In this document: positions 27,801 through 36,039 of the stretch, piece by piece
Layout: each line of letters begins with the position of its first letter
Numbering within the stretch: position 1 is the stretch's first letter
Assembly: GCA_052388375.1 (NCBI GenBank)
Contig: JBQTIG010000043.1
Location: 6,865 to 70,864 of the forward strand
Direction: 5' to 3'
Source of the DNA: Planctomycetaceae bacterium
Lineage (GTDB): Bacteria; Planctomycetota; PLA2
DNA: 64,000 bases
Notes under the pieces: generated by a model
Told to the model about the DNA's origin: nothing
The model's input: the letters and a program-made list of their open reading frames with translations, nothing else
The model's database searches: none
Translations under genes and position numbers: made by a program

Positions 27801-29018
27801 TCAACGAGGCGTGCGCAGCTTGCGGGCGAGGGCGGGCCGGGCCAACGCGCGGAGCGCGGCGAGCTTGAGCCCGTAGAGGCGATCGCGCCACCCGCCCGGA
27901 AGGAGGAGCAGGGCGTCGGTCGGCTGGCAGACCAGACTCACTTCGACGTTCGGGGCGATCCCGATCGGGATCCCGCGTCGACGGCAGGCCTCGGCCATGT
28001 GACGCATCACCGCGATCATCGCGTCCGGGTCGGGCGGCGGATGGTCCTCCATGGCGGTCCCCTGGAGCGGTCGGAAGATGCAAACCGTCGGGAACGCCCC
28101 GAGGCCGGTGATGAAGTCGATGGCCTTCAAGGTCGACTCGATCGGCTCGATGCCCGCGACGATCTCGCCGGAGACGCGCCTCTTCCCCAGGAGCCGCGAC
28201 GTGTATCGCATCGCCTCGAAGAATGCCTCCTGGCCGAATCGCGCCGCCTTCCCCGGGCAGTGCCGCGCGAAGTGGTCCGGATCGTGGAACTCGTAGCAGA
28301 ACGAGAAGTGGTCCGCGCCCTCCTCCACGAGGAGGTCGTAGCGGTCGTGCTCGGCGCGGGGCAGGGGGAGGACCTGCACCCCGACGAGCATGCCCACCTC
28401 CTCGCGCACGGCACGCACGTACGGGCGCACCACCGTGAGCCCGTCCTCCTCCTGGAGCCCCGTGTTCAGGTGGACGAAGGTGGCGCCGCTCTCCTCCTTG
28501 GCCGCCCGGCAGACGTCGACCACATCCTCCACCATCTTGCTGAGCCGCTCGCTCGAGCCGACGTTCAGCCCGGTGGAGCAGAAGCGGCACTGCATCGGCC
28601 CGGCGGGATCGGTCCAGAACCGGCACACTCCGCCGACGTAGACCCCGAGGTAGGTGCCCTGGAGCAGGCCGATTCCGCTCATCCGCGCGCCTCGAGAGGT
28701 CTTGCGGTCGTACCACGCGGGCCGCGGGGCCAGCCGCACGGGGGTGACGAACCCCTCCCGATCGTGGCGCAGCGCGTAGCCCTCCCCCGTGCGCTCGAGG
28801 AGGAAGGGGGAGGAGCGCGCGAACGGTTCCAGAACGGGCACGTTGACCCAGAGATCCTTGCCGGGGGCGGGCAAGACGAGTTCGAGTCCGCTCCCGAGCC
28901 CGGCGCGCGTGCGCGCGATCGTCCGCGCCTCCTCCTCGAGCCGGCAGGAGGGATCGATCCGCACTCCACGGCAGAAGAGCTCGATTTCCAGGTCGCAGGC
29001 GTTGCGCGCGCCCGACAT
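27801..29018 (-). CDS. radical-SAM-like protein with a non-canonical Cys spacing
   Basis: Start at Met34 of the track ORF. It has a TIM-barrel-like layout (VHLNTG, VQVLPLP, FSFCYEF). The only Cys triad is C-x11-C-x2-C (VCRFWTDPAGPMQCRFCSTG) instead of C-x3-C-x2-C. Confidence 0.6.
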   Translation of the reverse strand: MSGARNACDLEIELFCRGVRIDPSCRLEEEARTIARTRAGLGSGLELVLPAPGKDLWVNVPVLEPFARSSPFLLERTGEGYALRHDREGFVTPVRLAPRPAWYDRKTSRGARMSGIGLLQGTYLGVYVGGVCRFWTDPAGPMQCRFCSTGLNVGSSERLSKMVEDVVDVCRAAKEESGATFVHLNTGLQEEDGLTVVRPYVRAVREEVGMLVGVQVLPLPRAEHDRYDLLVEEGADHFSFCYEFHDPDHFARHCPGKAARFGQEAFFEAMRYTSRLLGKRRVSGEIVAGIEPIESTLKAIDFITGLGAFPTVCIFRPLQGTAMEDHPPPDPDAMIAVMRHMAEACRRRGIPIGIAPNVEVSLVCQPTDALLLLPGGWRDRLYGLKLAALRALARPALARKLRTPR

Positions 29019-29076
29019 GGCATGCAGGATGCTGCGAACGGCGGGCCGCGGTCCGGCCCGAGCGGACCTCCTTCCC

Positions 29077-30348
29077 ATGCCCACCGACCGAGAACCCCCC
29101 TCCCGCGCCCTCCCCATCGTCTATTTCGCAGTCGCCCACGCCGCACTCCTGGTCGCCTTGGCGGTTCCCGCCCTCGACCCGGAGTCTGTCGCGGGGTTTT
29201 TCTACCACCCGCGCATGTTCGCGGTGGTGCACCTGATCACCCTGGGGTGGATCACGCTCTCCATCCTCGGCGCGACCTACGTCGCCGGTCCCATCGCCCT
29301 GCGCCTGCGGCTCCGCGCCGGTCGGTGGGACGCCGCGGCCTGCGCGGGAGCGGTGGTCGGGATCGCGGGGGTGATCGCGCACTTCTGGATCGCCAGATAT
29401 GGCGGCATCGCCTGGTCGGCGCTCCTCCTCCTGCTCTCCTTCGGGTTCGTGGCCCTGCGCGTCGTTCGCTCCCTCCCGCGGACCCCGATTCCGCTCCCGA
29501 TCAAGCTCCATCTGGCCTTCGGCTACGGCAACCTCCTCCTCGCCGTGGCCTACGGCCTCCTGCTCGCCCTGAACAAGGACCGCGGCTTTCTCCAAGGTTC
29601 GGCACCCCGCTTCGCCTTCGGACACGCCCACCTCGCCGGCGCGGGCTGGGCCACGATGATGGTCCTGGGCGTCGGCTACAGGCTTCTGCCCATGTTCCTC
29701 CCGGCGGAGCCGCCCACGGGCAGGCCGGTCTGGCTTTCCGGCCTACTGCTGCAACTCGGCGTGCTGGGGCTGGCCGCCGGCTCCCTTCTGGGATGGGCGA
29801 CGGCGCCCTGGTTCGCCTCTTCGGCCGCCGCGGGGATCGCCTGCTTCGTCTTCGCCTGCCTACGCATGATTCGCCGCCCGCGGCCGGCGCCGCCCAAGCT
29901 CAAGCGCCCCGATCTCGGGATGTTCCATGCGTTCCAGGCGGTGGGCTACCTCGTCGTCACCACCGCCATCGGGCTTGCGCTCGCCTTCGCGCGCGACTGG
30001 AAGCTCGATTGGATCATGACCTACGGAGTCCTGGGTCTGCTCGGCTTCCTGGGCCAGATCGTGATCGGCATCGCCATGCGGCTGCTGCCCATGTACTCGT
30101 TCGCGCAGTCGCTCATCCGCGGCGGGCACGCCCAGCTGCCCCCCTCCCCCTTCGACATGCCCTCCCGACCGCTGCAGTCCCTCGTGCTCGCGTTCTGGTC
30201 TCTCGGCGTGCCGGTGCTCGCGTTCGGCCTGCACACGGGGCGCGCCTCCTTCGTGTCGATGGGCGCGTGGGCGCTCCTGGCCGCAACGCTCGCGGCGGCA
30301 TGGAACACCGCCCGCGTGCTGCTCGCCTCGCGCGCCGAGCGGGCCTGA
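29077..30348 (+). CDS. 12-TM histidine-rich integral membrane protein of unknown function
   Basis: Met97 of the track ORF. I count about 12 hydrophobic helices. Intramembrane His residues are conserved (FFYHPRMFAVVHL, FAFGHAHLAGAGW), and an internal repeat occurs twice (GVGYRLLPMF and GIAMRLLPMY). It is divergent from the radical-SAM-like gene, with a 58 bp gap. Confidence 0.6.
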   Translation: MPTDREPPSRALPIVYFAVAHAALLVALAVPALDPESVAGFFYHPRMFAVVHLITLGWITLSILGATYVAGPIALRLRLRAGRWDAAACAGAVVGIAGVIAHFWIARYGGIAWSALLLLLSFGFVALRVVRSLPRTPIPLPIKLHLAFGYGNLLLAVAYGLLLALNKDRGFLQGSAPRFAFGHAHLAGAGWATMMVLGVGYRLLPMFLPAEPPTGRPVWLSGLLLQLGVLGLAAGSLLGWATAPWFASSAAAGIACFVFACLRMIRRPRPAPPKLKRPDLGMFHAFQAVGYLVVTTAIGLALAFARDWKLDWIMTYGVLGLLGFLGQIVIGIAMRLLPMYSFAQSLIRGGHAQLPPSPFDMPSRPLQSLVLAFWSLGVPVLAFGLHTGRASFVSMGAWALLAATLAAAWNTARVLLASRAERA

Positions 30349-30420
30349 GGGGCCGGCGGAGCGATGCCCGCCAGCCCCTCCCTTTCCCGGCGCCACGCGC
30401 GCCGCGGGCGCGCGCGTCTC

Positions 30421-30870
30421 CTACTTCGTCTTCACGTCGATGCGACGGGGCTTCGACTCGCGGCTCTTGGAGACGGTGATCGTCAGGACGCCCTTCTCGG
30501 CGACCGCCTCGACATGGTCGGGATCGGTCGCGCCGGGGAAACTGATCGTGCGCTGGAACGCGCCGTGGCTCCGCTCGAGGCGGTGCCAGGTGCGCCCCTT
30601 CTCCTCCCGCTCCTCCTTCTTCTCGCCCCTAAGGACGAGGGTGTCGTTGGAGAGCGCGATCTCGATCTCCTTGGGATCGAGGCCGGGGAGTTCCGCCTTC
30701 ACGATGTAGCTCTCGGGGGTTTCTGCGACATCCACGCTGGGCGCCCAGACGTGACCGCCGGACGTGCCCCATCCCTCGTCGAAGAAGCTCTCGACGAGGC
30801 GATTCATGTCCTGCTGCAACGCCGAGAGGCCGGGCCGGGGGGCCCTCCAGGGGATCAGGTTCAGGGTCAT
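30421..30870 (-). CDS. Hsp20/alpha-crystallin small heat-shock protein
   Basis: Met83 of the track ORF with an AAGGAGG RBS. Motifs: PSVDVAETPESYIVKAELPGLDPKEIEIAL..DTLVLRGEKK...ERSHGAFQRTISFPG.....VEAVAEKGVLTITV. Confidence 0.9.
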   Translation of the reverse strand: MTLNLIPWRAPRPGLSALQQDMNRLVESFFDEGWGTSGGHVWAPSVDVAETPESYIVKAELPGLDPKEIEIALSNDTLVLRGEKKEEREEKGRTWHRLERSHGAFQRTISFPGATDPDHVEAVAEKGVLTITVSKSRESKPRRIDVKTK

Positions 30871-30921
30871 CGGTAGTCCTCCTTGTAATGCGGGAGAATC
30901 GAACCCCGCATCATGGACGGG

Positions 30922-30937
30922 AGCAAACGTCTTGCCA
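30922..30937 (-). promoter_or_regulatory. sigma-54-type promoter (-24/-12) upstream of hsp20
   Basis: The minus strand reads TGGCAAGACGTTTGCT, against the consensus TGGCAC-N5-TTGCW. The GG-N10-GC spacing is correct. The element lies about 50 nt upstream of the hsp20 ATG. Confidence 0.5.
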
Positions 30938-31060
30938 CGGCGGAACAGCGCGCCGAGTGGCGGGGGAGCAGCAGGCCACCCTGCCGATCCGGCAAGGCTG
31001 CCTGCAAGATTCGCAAGTCTGAGCGCGCAGGCTATCCTCCGGGGCCGGAGGAGGCGAACC

Positions 31061-31222
31061 ATGAGAATCCACTGCGACGTCTGCGGGCTCGAGATCTCCA
31101 AGGAGGAGGCCGTCACCTACGAAGAGGATGGCGAGATCCTCTACTACTGCTCGCAGGAGTGCTACGACGCCCGCGAGCCGCGCGAACCGGAACTCGGCGA
31201 TGAGCCGGACGGGTCCGTGTGA
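31061..31222 (+). CDS. small TRASH-type zinc-finger protein (53 aa)
   Basis: GGAGGAGG RBS. MRIHCDVCGLEI...YYCSQECY gives C-x2-C-x21-C-x3-C, matching the TRASH metal-binding pattern, followed by an acidic tail. Confidence 0.55.
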   Translation: MRIHCDVCGLEISKEEAVTYEEDGEILYYCSQECYDAREPREPELGDEPDGSV

Positions 31223-31385
31223 CGGCGGGGCGACGCCGCGCCGCCGAGGATGCCGGGGCACGCGGTTCCGGCGCACCGCCGGGGTGCCGCTCCGCGGTCC
31301 GGCGCCTTCGCCCGCGCGCGCCCTCGCCTTCGCTCCCCGCGGGCGGGTGCTTCCCCCTCGCGCGCCGCGACCCCTGATTCCGATT

Positions 31386-31401
31386 TGGAGCAGTTCTTGC
31401 A
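31386..31401 (+). promoter_or_regulatory. candidate sigma-54-type promoter upstream of the porin/Rieske/Nap operon
   Basis: TGGAGCAGTTCTTGCA has correct GG-N10-GC spacing and a perfect TTGCA -12 box, in a locally AT-richer stretch. It lies only about 12 nt before the porin ATG, so the transcript would be nearly leaderless, and that lowers my confidence. Confidence 0.35.
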
Positions 31402-31412
31402 TCACGGCGGGA

Positions 31413-32825
31413 ATGATCCGCGCCGCCTGGGTCGCCCTCTTGCTCGCTGCCGCAACCGACCCCGCAACGGCGGGGGATTTCGCCTCCGGGGTGGATCTCG
31501 AGCGCCGCAACGCCCTGCTCGAGGAGCGGGTGCGCAAGCTCGAAGCCGGAGCCATGGCGGAGGAGGTCGAACGCTATCTCGCGGATTATCCCGCGCAGCC
31601 CTTCACGGCGGAGGGGGCATCCTCCCTGCTCCCTGGGGGTCTGCGGCTGAAAATCTCCGGGGAGGCGCGCATCCGCGAGGAGGTGCAGCACCGTCTCTAC
31701 GCGCCGATGGATCCGGCGGGCAGCCGCAGCCTTGACTTCGCCCACATGCGCACACGGCTCCGGTTCGACATCGACGTCGACGACAACCTTGGCGTGGTCG
31801 TGGAGCTGCAGGACGTGAGGATCCTCGGCGAGGGGGGATCCACCACCGCCGACGCGGAGGGACTGGATCTGAAACGCGCGACGATCGTGGTCCGGCGCAT
31901 CGGCGGCCACCCGGTGACGGTCGAGGCGGGCCGCTTCGTGATGGCGTACGGGGACCAGCGGCACATCGGCCATCTGGAATGGTTCGATCAGGGGCGCACC
32001 TACGACGGTGCGCGCGTCGCCTGGGCGCCCGACTCCCTCTTCGTGGACCTGTTCGCCGTGCGGGTGCGCGAAACCGTGGTTCCGGACGACGACCAGACGC
32101 TTCTGGGCCTCTACGGGGGCACGAAGGGCTGGCGTTCCTGGCTCGACGGGGAGGCGTACGTGCTGGTGCTGAGCGACACCAAGCCCGCCGCGGGCGAACT
32201 CGGCCCGGGCGACACGCTCTTCTTCACCCTCGGACTGCGGCTGGCGGGCAAGCAGGAGGGGTGGGACTACGCCCTCGAGATCTCCTTCCAGACCGGGGAG
32301 CGCAACGGGGACGACCTCTCCGCATTCGCCTTCGCGTGGAAGGGCGGGCGGACGTTCACCGAGGCGCCGGGTACGCCGCGCGCCGGGCTCGAGATCGACT
32401 TCGCCACTGGGGACGACGATCCCACCGACGGGAAGAACCGCCAGTTCCAGACGCTGTTCCCCACCAACCACATCCACTACGGATTCGCCGACCTCCTGGG
32501 TTGGAGCAACCTCCTCGACCTGCGCGTCAGCCTGAGCGCGCGACCGCGCGAGAAGGTGCTCCTCACCCTTGATTTCCACCACTTCCGGCGCGTGGAGGAG
32601 CGAGGCGCCTGGATCAACGCGGGCGGCGCGCTCATCCGGCCGGGCGCCGCCGGGACCTCGAGCCATCTCGGGGACGAGATCGATTTCACGGTGACCTGGA
32701 CACCCAAGAAGTCGCTCACGATTCTCTTTGGCTGGTCGCTGTTCTTGCCGGGTGGGTTCGTCGCGCAGACCGGCGCCGACCCCACCGCCCGGTTTCTCTA
32801 TCTCGAGATACGCGTTACCTTCTGA
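31413..32825 (+). CDS. outer-membrane beta-barrel porin, alginate-export (AlgE-like) family
   Basis: Signal peptide MIRAAWVALLLAAATDPATA, an N-terminal coiled coil, then alternating beta-strand patterns and a C-terminal ...YLEIRVTF with terminal Phe. Confidence 0.65.
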   Translation: MIRAAWVALLLAAATDPATAGDFASGVDLERRNALLEERVRKLEAGAMAEEVERYLADYPAQPFTAEGASSLLPGGLRLKISGEARIREEVQHRLYAPMDPAGSRSLDFAHMRTRLRFDIDVDDNLGVVVELQDVRILGEGGSTTADAEGLDLKRATIVVRRIGGHPVTVEAGRFVMAYGDQRHIGHLEWFDQGRTYDGARVAWAPDSLFVDLFAVRVRETVVPDDDQTLLGLYGGTKGWRSWLDGEAYVLVLSDTKPAAGELGPGDTLFFTLGLRLAGKQEGWDYALEISFQTGERNGDDLSAFAFAWKGGRTFTEAPGTPRAGLEIDFATGDDDPTDGKNRQFQTLFPTNHIHYGFADLLGWSNLLDLRVSLSARPREKVLLTLDFHHFRRVEERGAWINAGGALIRPGAAGTSSHLGDEIDFTVTWTPKKSLTILFGWSLFLPGGFVAQTGADPTARFLYLEIRVTF

Positions 32826-32829
32826 GGCC

Positions 32830-33396
32830 ATGGAGGAGAGCATGAGCCACGATGCGAGTCGGCAAGGCCGCCGCCGCTTTCTCGGGACCGCCTCCGGCGT
32901 AGTCATGGCAGGGGGGCTCATCGGCGGCTACGGCACCTTCCTGGGCTACGCCGGCAGGTTTCTCTATCCCGTGGGCGGCGAGCCCCTCGGCTGGTTGTAC
33001 GTGGCGGAGGCGGCGCGCATCGCGCCGGGCGCCTCGCTCACCTACCGCACTCCCGCCGGCGCCACAGTGGTGATCGCGCGGCAGGGATCCACCGGCGAGG
33101 CCGCGGATTTCCTCGCCCTCTCCTCCACCTGCCCGCATCTCGGCTGCCAGGTGCACTGGGAATCGCAGAACAACCGGTTTTTCTGCCCCTGCCACAACGG
33201 CGTCTTCGACCCGTCGGGCAAGGGGATCGGCGGGCCCCCCGGGGACGCGGGCCAGAGTCTTCCGCGCTACCCGCTGCGGATCGAACGCGGGCTCCTCTAC
33301 ATCGAGGTGCCGCTGCGTACCCTCGCGGACGCGGGGGAGGGGGGCGGGGGCCTCACGCGGCCGGGCCATGACGCCTGCCTGAAGGGGCTCGCCTGA
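32830..33396 (+). CDS. Rieske [2Fe-2S] protein of a cytochrome bc/b6f-type complex (Tat signal)
   Basis: The twin-arginine motif RRRFLGTA is followed by a TM helix. The cluster boxes are CPHLGC and CPCHNGVF. Confidence 0.9.
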   Translation: MEESMSHDASRQGRRRFLGTASGVVMAGGLIGGYGTFLGYAGRFLYPVGGEPLGWLYVAEAARIAPGASLTYRTPAGATVVIARQGSTGEAADFLALSSTCPHLGCQVHWESQNNRFFCPCHNGVFDPSGKGIGGPPGDAGQSLPRYPLRIERGLLYIEVPLRTLADAGEGGGGLTRPGHDACLKGLA

Positions 33397-33397
33397 C

Positions 33398-34447
33398 ATG
33401 GGATCGGTCGCCGGATGGTTCCGGGAGCGGCTCCCGGTTTCGGGAGCCGCGCTGCGCGAGCTGACCAACGAACCGGTCCCCAACCATCTCAAGCGCTGGT
33501 GGTTCTGCCTGGGCGGGACGCCGCTCTACCTGTTCGTCGTCCAGATCGTGACGGGAATCCTGCTCGCCTTCTACTACCAGCCCGCGCCCTCCACCGCCTA
33601 CGAGTCGGTCCGCTTCATCACCGAGGAGGCCGCCTTCGGCTGGTACATCCGGGGCATCCACCGATGGGCCGCGACCTTCATGATCGCCGCCGTGATCCTG
33701 CACCAGATGCGGGTCTTCTTCACCGGAGCCTACCGCAAGCCGCGCGAGATCAACTGGATCGTGGGGATGTTCCTGTTGCTCTGCACGCTCTTGCTCGGCT
33801 TTTCCGGCTACAGCCTGGTCTTCGAGCAGTTGAGCTACTGGGGCGCCACGGTGGCCGGCAACATCACGGGGAGCGTCCCCCTGGTGGGCACCTTCCTCAA
33901 GCGACTCATGCTCGGCGGCGACGCGTACAACGAGCACACGCTCTCGCGGCTCTTCATCCTCCATGGGGCGGTGCTGCCGGTGACGATGGTCTTCCTCCTC
34001 GCGATCCACATCACGATCATCCGGCTGCAGGGCGTGACGGAGTTCCGGTTCGAGGACGAGCCTGCCGGAAAGCCGACCCACTTCCGCTTCTTCCCGGACC
34101 ACCTCTACACCGAGCTGATCCTGGGTCTGGTGCTCATGATCCTCCTGACCGCTTGCGCCACCATCTTCCCCGCCTCCATGGGGCCCCGGGCGGATCCCCT
34201 CTCCACGCCCGAGGCGATCAAACCGGAGTGGTTCTTCTACGTCGCGTTCCGCTGGCTCAAGCTGTTTCCCGGCACTCTGGCGGTGCTCTCCACGGGACTG
34301 ATCGTGTTCACGATGATCGTCTGGCCCTTCGTGGACGCCCGCATCCGCCGGCGCCGCCCCGATTCCGAGTTCAGCGTCGGGGTCGGCGTCGTCGCCGCCC
34401 TCTCCATCATCGGGCTGACCGTTTGGGAAGCCCTCGTCAAGCACTGA
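33398..34447 (+). CDS. cytochrome b (fused b6 + subunit IV type)
   Basis: WFRERL...KRWWFCLGG keeps the Cys found in the FYCLGG heme-ci site of cytochrome b6. His pairs occur in helix B (IHRWAA...ILHQMRVF) and helix D (ILHGAV...AIHITI). KPEWFFY is the PEWY-type Qo motif. Confidence 0.9.
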   Translation: MGSVAGWFRERLPVSGAALRELTNEPVPNHLKRWWFCLGGTPLYLFVVQIVTGILLAFYYQPAPSTAYESVRFITEEAAFGWYIRGIHRWAATFMIAAVILHQMRVFFTGAYRKPREINWIVGMFLLLCTLLLGFSGYSLVFEQLSYWGATVAGNITGSVPLVGTFLKRLMLGGDAYNEHTLSRLFILHGAVLPVTMVFLLAIHITIIRLQGVTEFRFEDEPAGKPTHFRFFPDHLYTELILGLVLMILLTACATIFPASMGPRADPLSTPEAIKPEWFFYVAFRWLKLFPGTLAVLSTGLIVFTMIVWPFVDARIRRRRPDSEFSVGVGVVAALSIIGLTVWEALVKH

Positions 34448-34457
34448 GGACCTCTCC

Positions 34458-36038
34458 ATGACCCTGCGCAGCAAGCAATTCCTGATCGGCGCCCTGGGCG
34501 GCGTCTTCCTCCTCTCGCTCGTGCTCGTGCAATGGCTGGAGGTGGTGAGGCGGCAGGAGGAGTCGGGGGCGGCGCCGCGCACGATCGCGGTTCCCGCCAG
34601 TTCCGCCTCCTGCGTCAGCTGCCACCGCGAAAGCTCCCCCGGCATCATCGACCACTGGATGGGGAGCACGCATGCCGAGAAGGGGGTGGGCTGCGTCGAG
34701 TGCCATCAGGCGGAGGGCGCGGACGCCGACGCCTTCTCGCACTACGGCGCGCTCATCGCGACGGTGGTGACGCCGCGGGACTGCGCGCGCTGCCACCAGC
34801 AGGAGGCGGACGAGTTCGGGCGGAGCCACCACGCCGCCGGAGGCAACATACTCGCCTCCCTCGACAACTACCTCGCCGAAACGGTGGAGGGCATGCGCGG
34901 CTTCTTCAATCCGCACGGCCCGACCCCCGGCCGGCAGGATTTCCAGGATGTGAACGGCTACGCCAGCGCCGTCCTTGGCTGCTTGCAGTGCCACGGGAGC
35001 AAGGTCGCGCTCCAGGCGACCGACGGCAGCCGCATCTCGGTGCACGATCTCAAGCCCGACAAGGACGGGAAGCCGACCAACCTGGACGCCGTGGCACGGA
35101 TCGCGAAGGGCACGGATGGTCGCCCGATATTCCATCCGGGCACCTGGCCCAATACCGGCATCGGGCGGCTGAACCTGGACGGGTCGCGCGGATCCTGCTC
35201 GGCCTGCCACTCCCGCCACGACTTCTCGCCCCGGCGTGCGCGCCAGCCGGAGAACTGCGGCAAGTGCCATCTGGGGCCCGACCATCCCCAGAAGGAGATC
35301 TACGAGGAGTCCAAGCACGGCGTCGCCTACCGCGACCTGCGCGAGCAGATGAACCTCGACTCCCCCACCTGGGTGCTCGGCGTCGACTACACCCAGGCGC
35401 CCACCTGCGCCACCTGCCACATGTCGGGCCACAAGCGCAACGGCGGCAAGATGACCCACGACCCCGGCGAGCGCATCTCCTGGACCAACCGTCCCCCCGT
35501 CAGCCTTCCGATGGACACCGACCTCAACCACGCGGTGGTGAAGGAGGCCGATCCCGCCAAGCGGCGGGCGCTCATCCACGACACCTGGCAGCAGAAACGC
35601 GAGCGCATGCAGCAGGTCTGCAGCCACTGCCACACGCCGGATTACATCACCGGCTTCTACAAGCAGTACGACGACCTGATCCAGCTCTACAACGAGAAGT
35701 TCGCCCGGCCGGGCACGTCCATCATGCAGGCGCTGCGCAACGCCAAGCTCATCACGCCGCCCGAGTTCGACGAGGAGATCGAGTGGACCTGGTTCTACCT
35801 TTGGCACCACGAGGGGCGGCGCGCGCGGCACGGCGCGTCGATGATGGCACCTGACTACACCCACTGGCACGGCATGTACGAGGTGGCCGAGCGCTTCTAC
35901 ATCGAGCTGATCCCGCAGGCGCGCGAGATCGCGGCGCACGCCCGCGCCGAGGGCAAGGTCGCGGAAGCCGACGCGGTGGAGGCGGCGATCGATGCGGTCC
36001 TCGCGAGGCCCGAGCACCGCTGGAAGGAGGGGAAGTAG
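34458..36038 (+). CDS. membrane-anchored octaheme cytochrome c, hydroxylamine-oxidoreductase (HAO) family
   Basis: N-terminal TM helix (FLIGALGGVFLLSLVLV). Eight CxxCH motifs are present (CVSCH, CVECH, CARCH, CLQCH, CSACH, CGKCH, CATCH, CSHCH). The HAO-like block CGKCHLGPDHPQKEIYEESKHGVAYR is also there. The C-terminus reads WHHEGRRARHGASMMAPDYTHWHG. Confidence 0.85.
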   Translation: MTLRSKQFLIGALGGVFLLSLVLVQWLEVVRRQEESGAAPRTIAVPASSASCVSCHRESSPGIIDHWMGSTHAEKGVGCVECHQAEGADADAFSHYGALIATVVTPRDCARCHQQEADEFGRSHHAAGGNILASLDNYLAETVEGMRGFFNPHGPTPGRQDFQDVNGYASAVLGCLQCHGSKVALQATDGSRISVHDLKPDKDGKPTNLDAVARIAKGTDGRPIFHPGTWPNTGIGRLNLDGSRGSCSACHSRHDFSPRRARQPENCGKCHLGPDHPQKEIYEESKHGVAYRDLREQMNLDSPTWVLGVDYTQAPTCATCHMSGHKRNGGKMTHDPGERISWTNRPPVSLPMDTDLNHAVVKEADPAKRRALIHDTWQQKRERMQQVCSHCHTPDYITGFYKQYDDLIQLYNEKFARPGTSIMQALRNAKLITPPEFDEEIEWTWFYLWHHEGRRARHGASMMAPDYTHWHGMYEVAERFYIELIPQAREIAAHARAEGKVAEADAVEAAIDAVLARPEHRWKEGK

Positions 36039-36039
36039 C

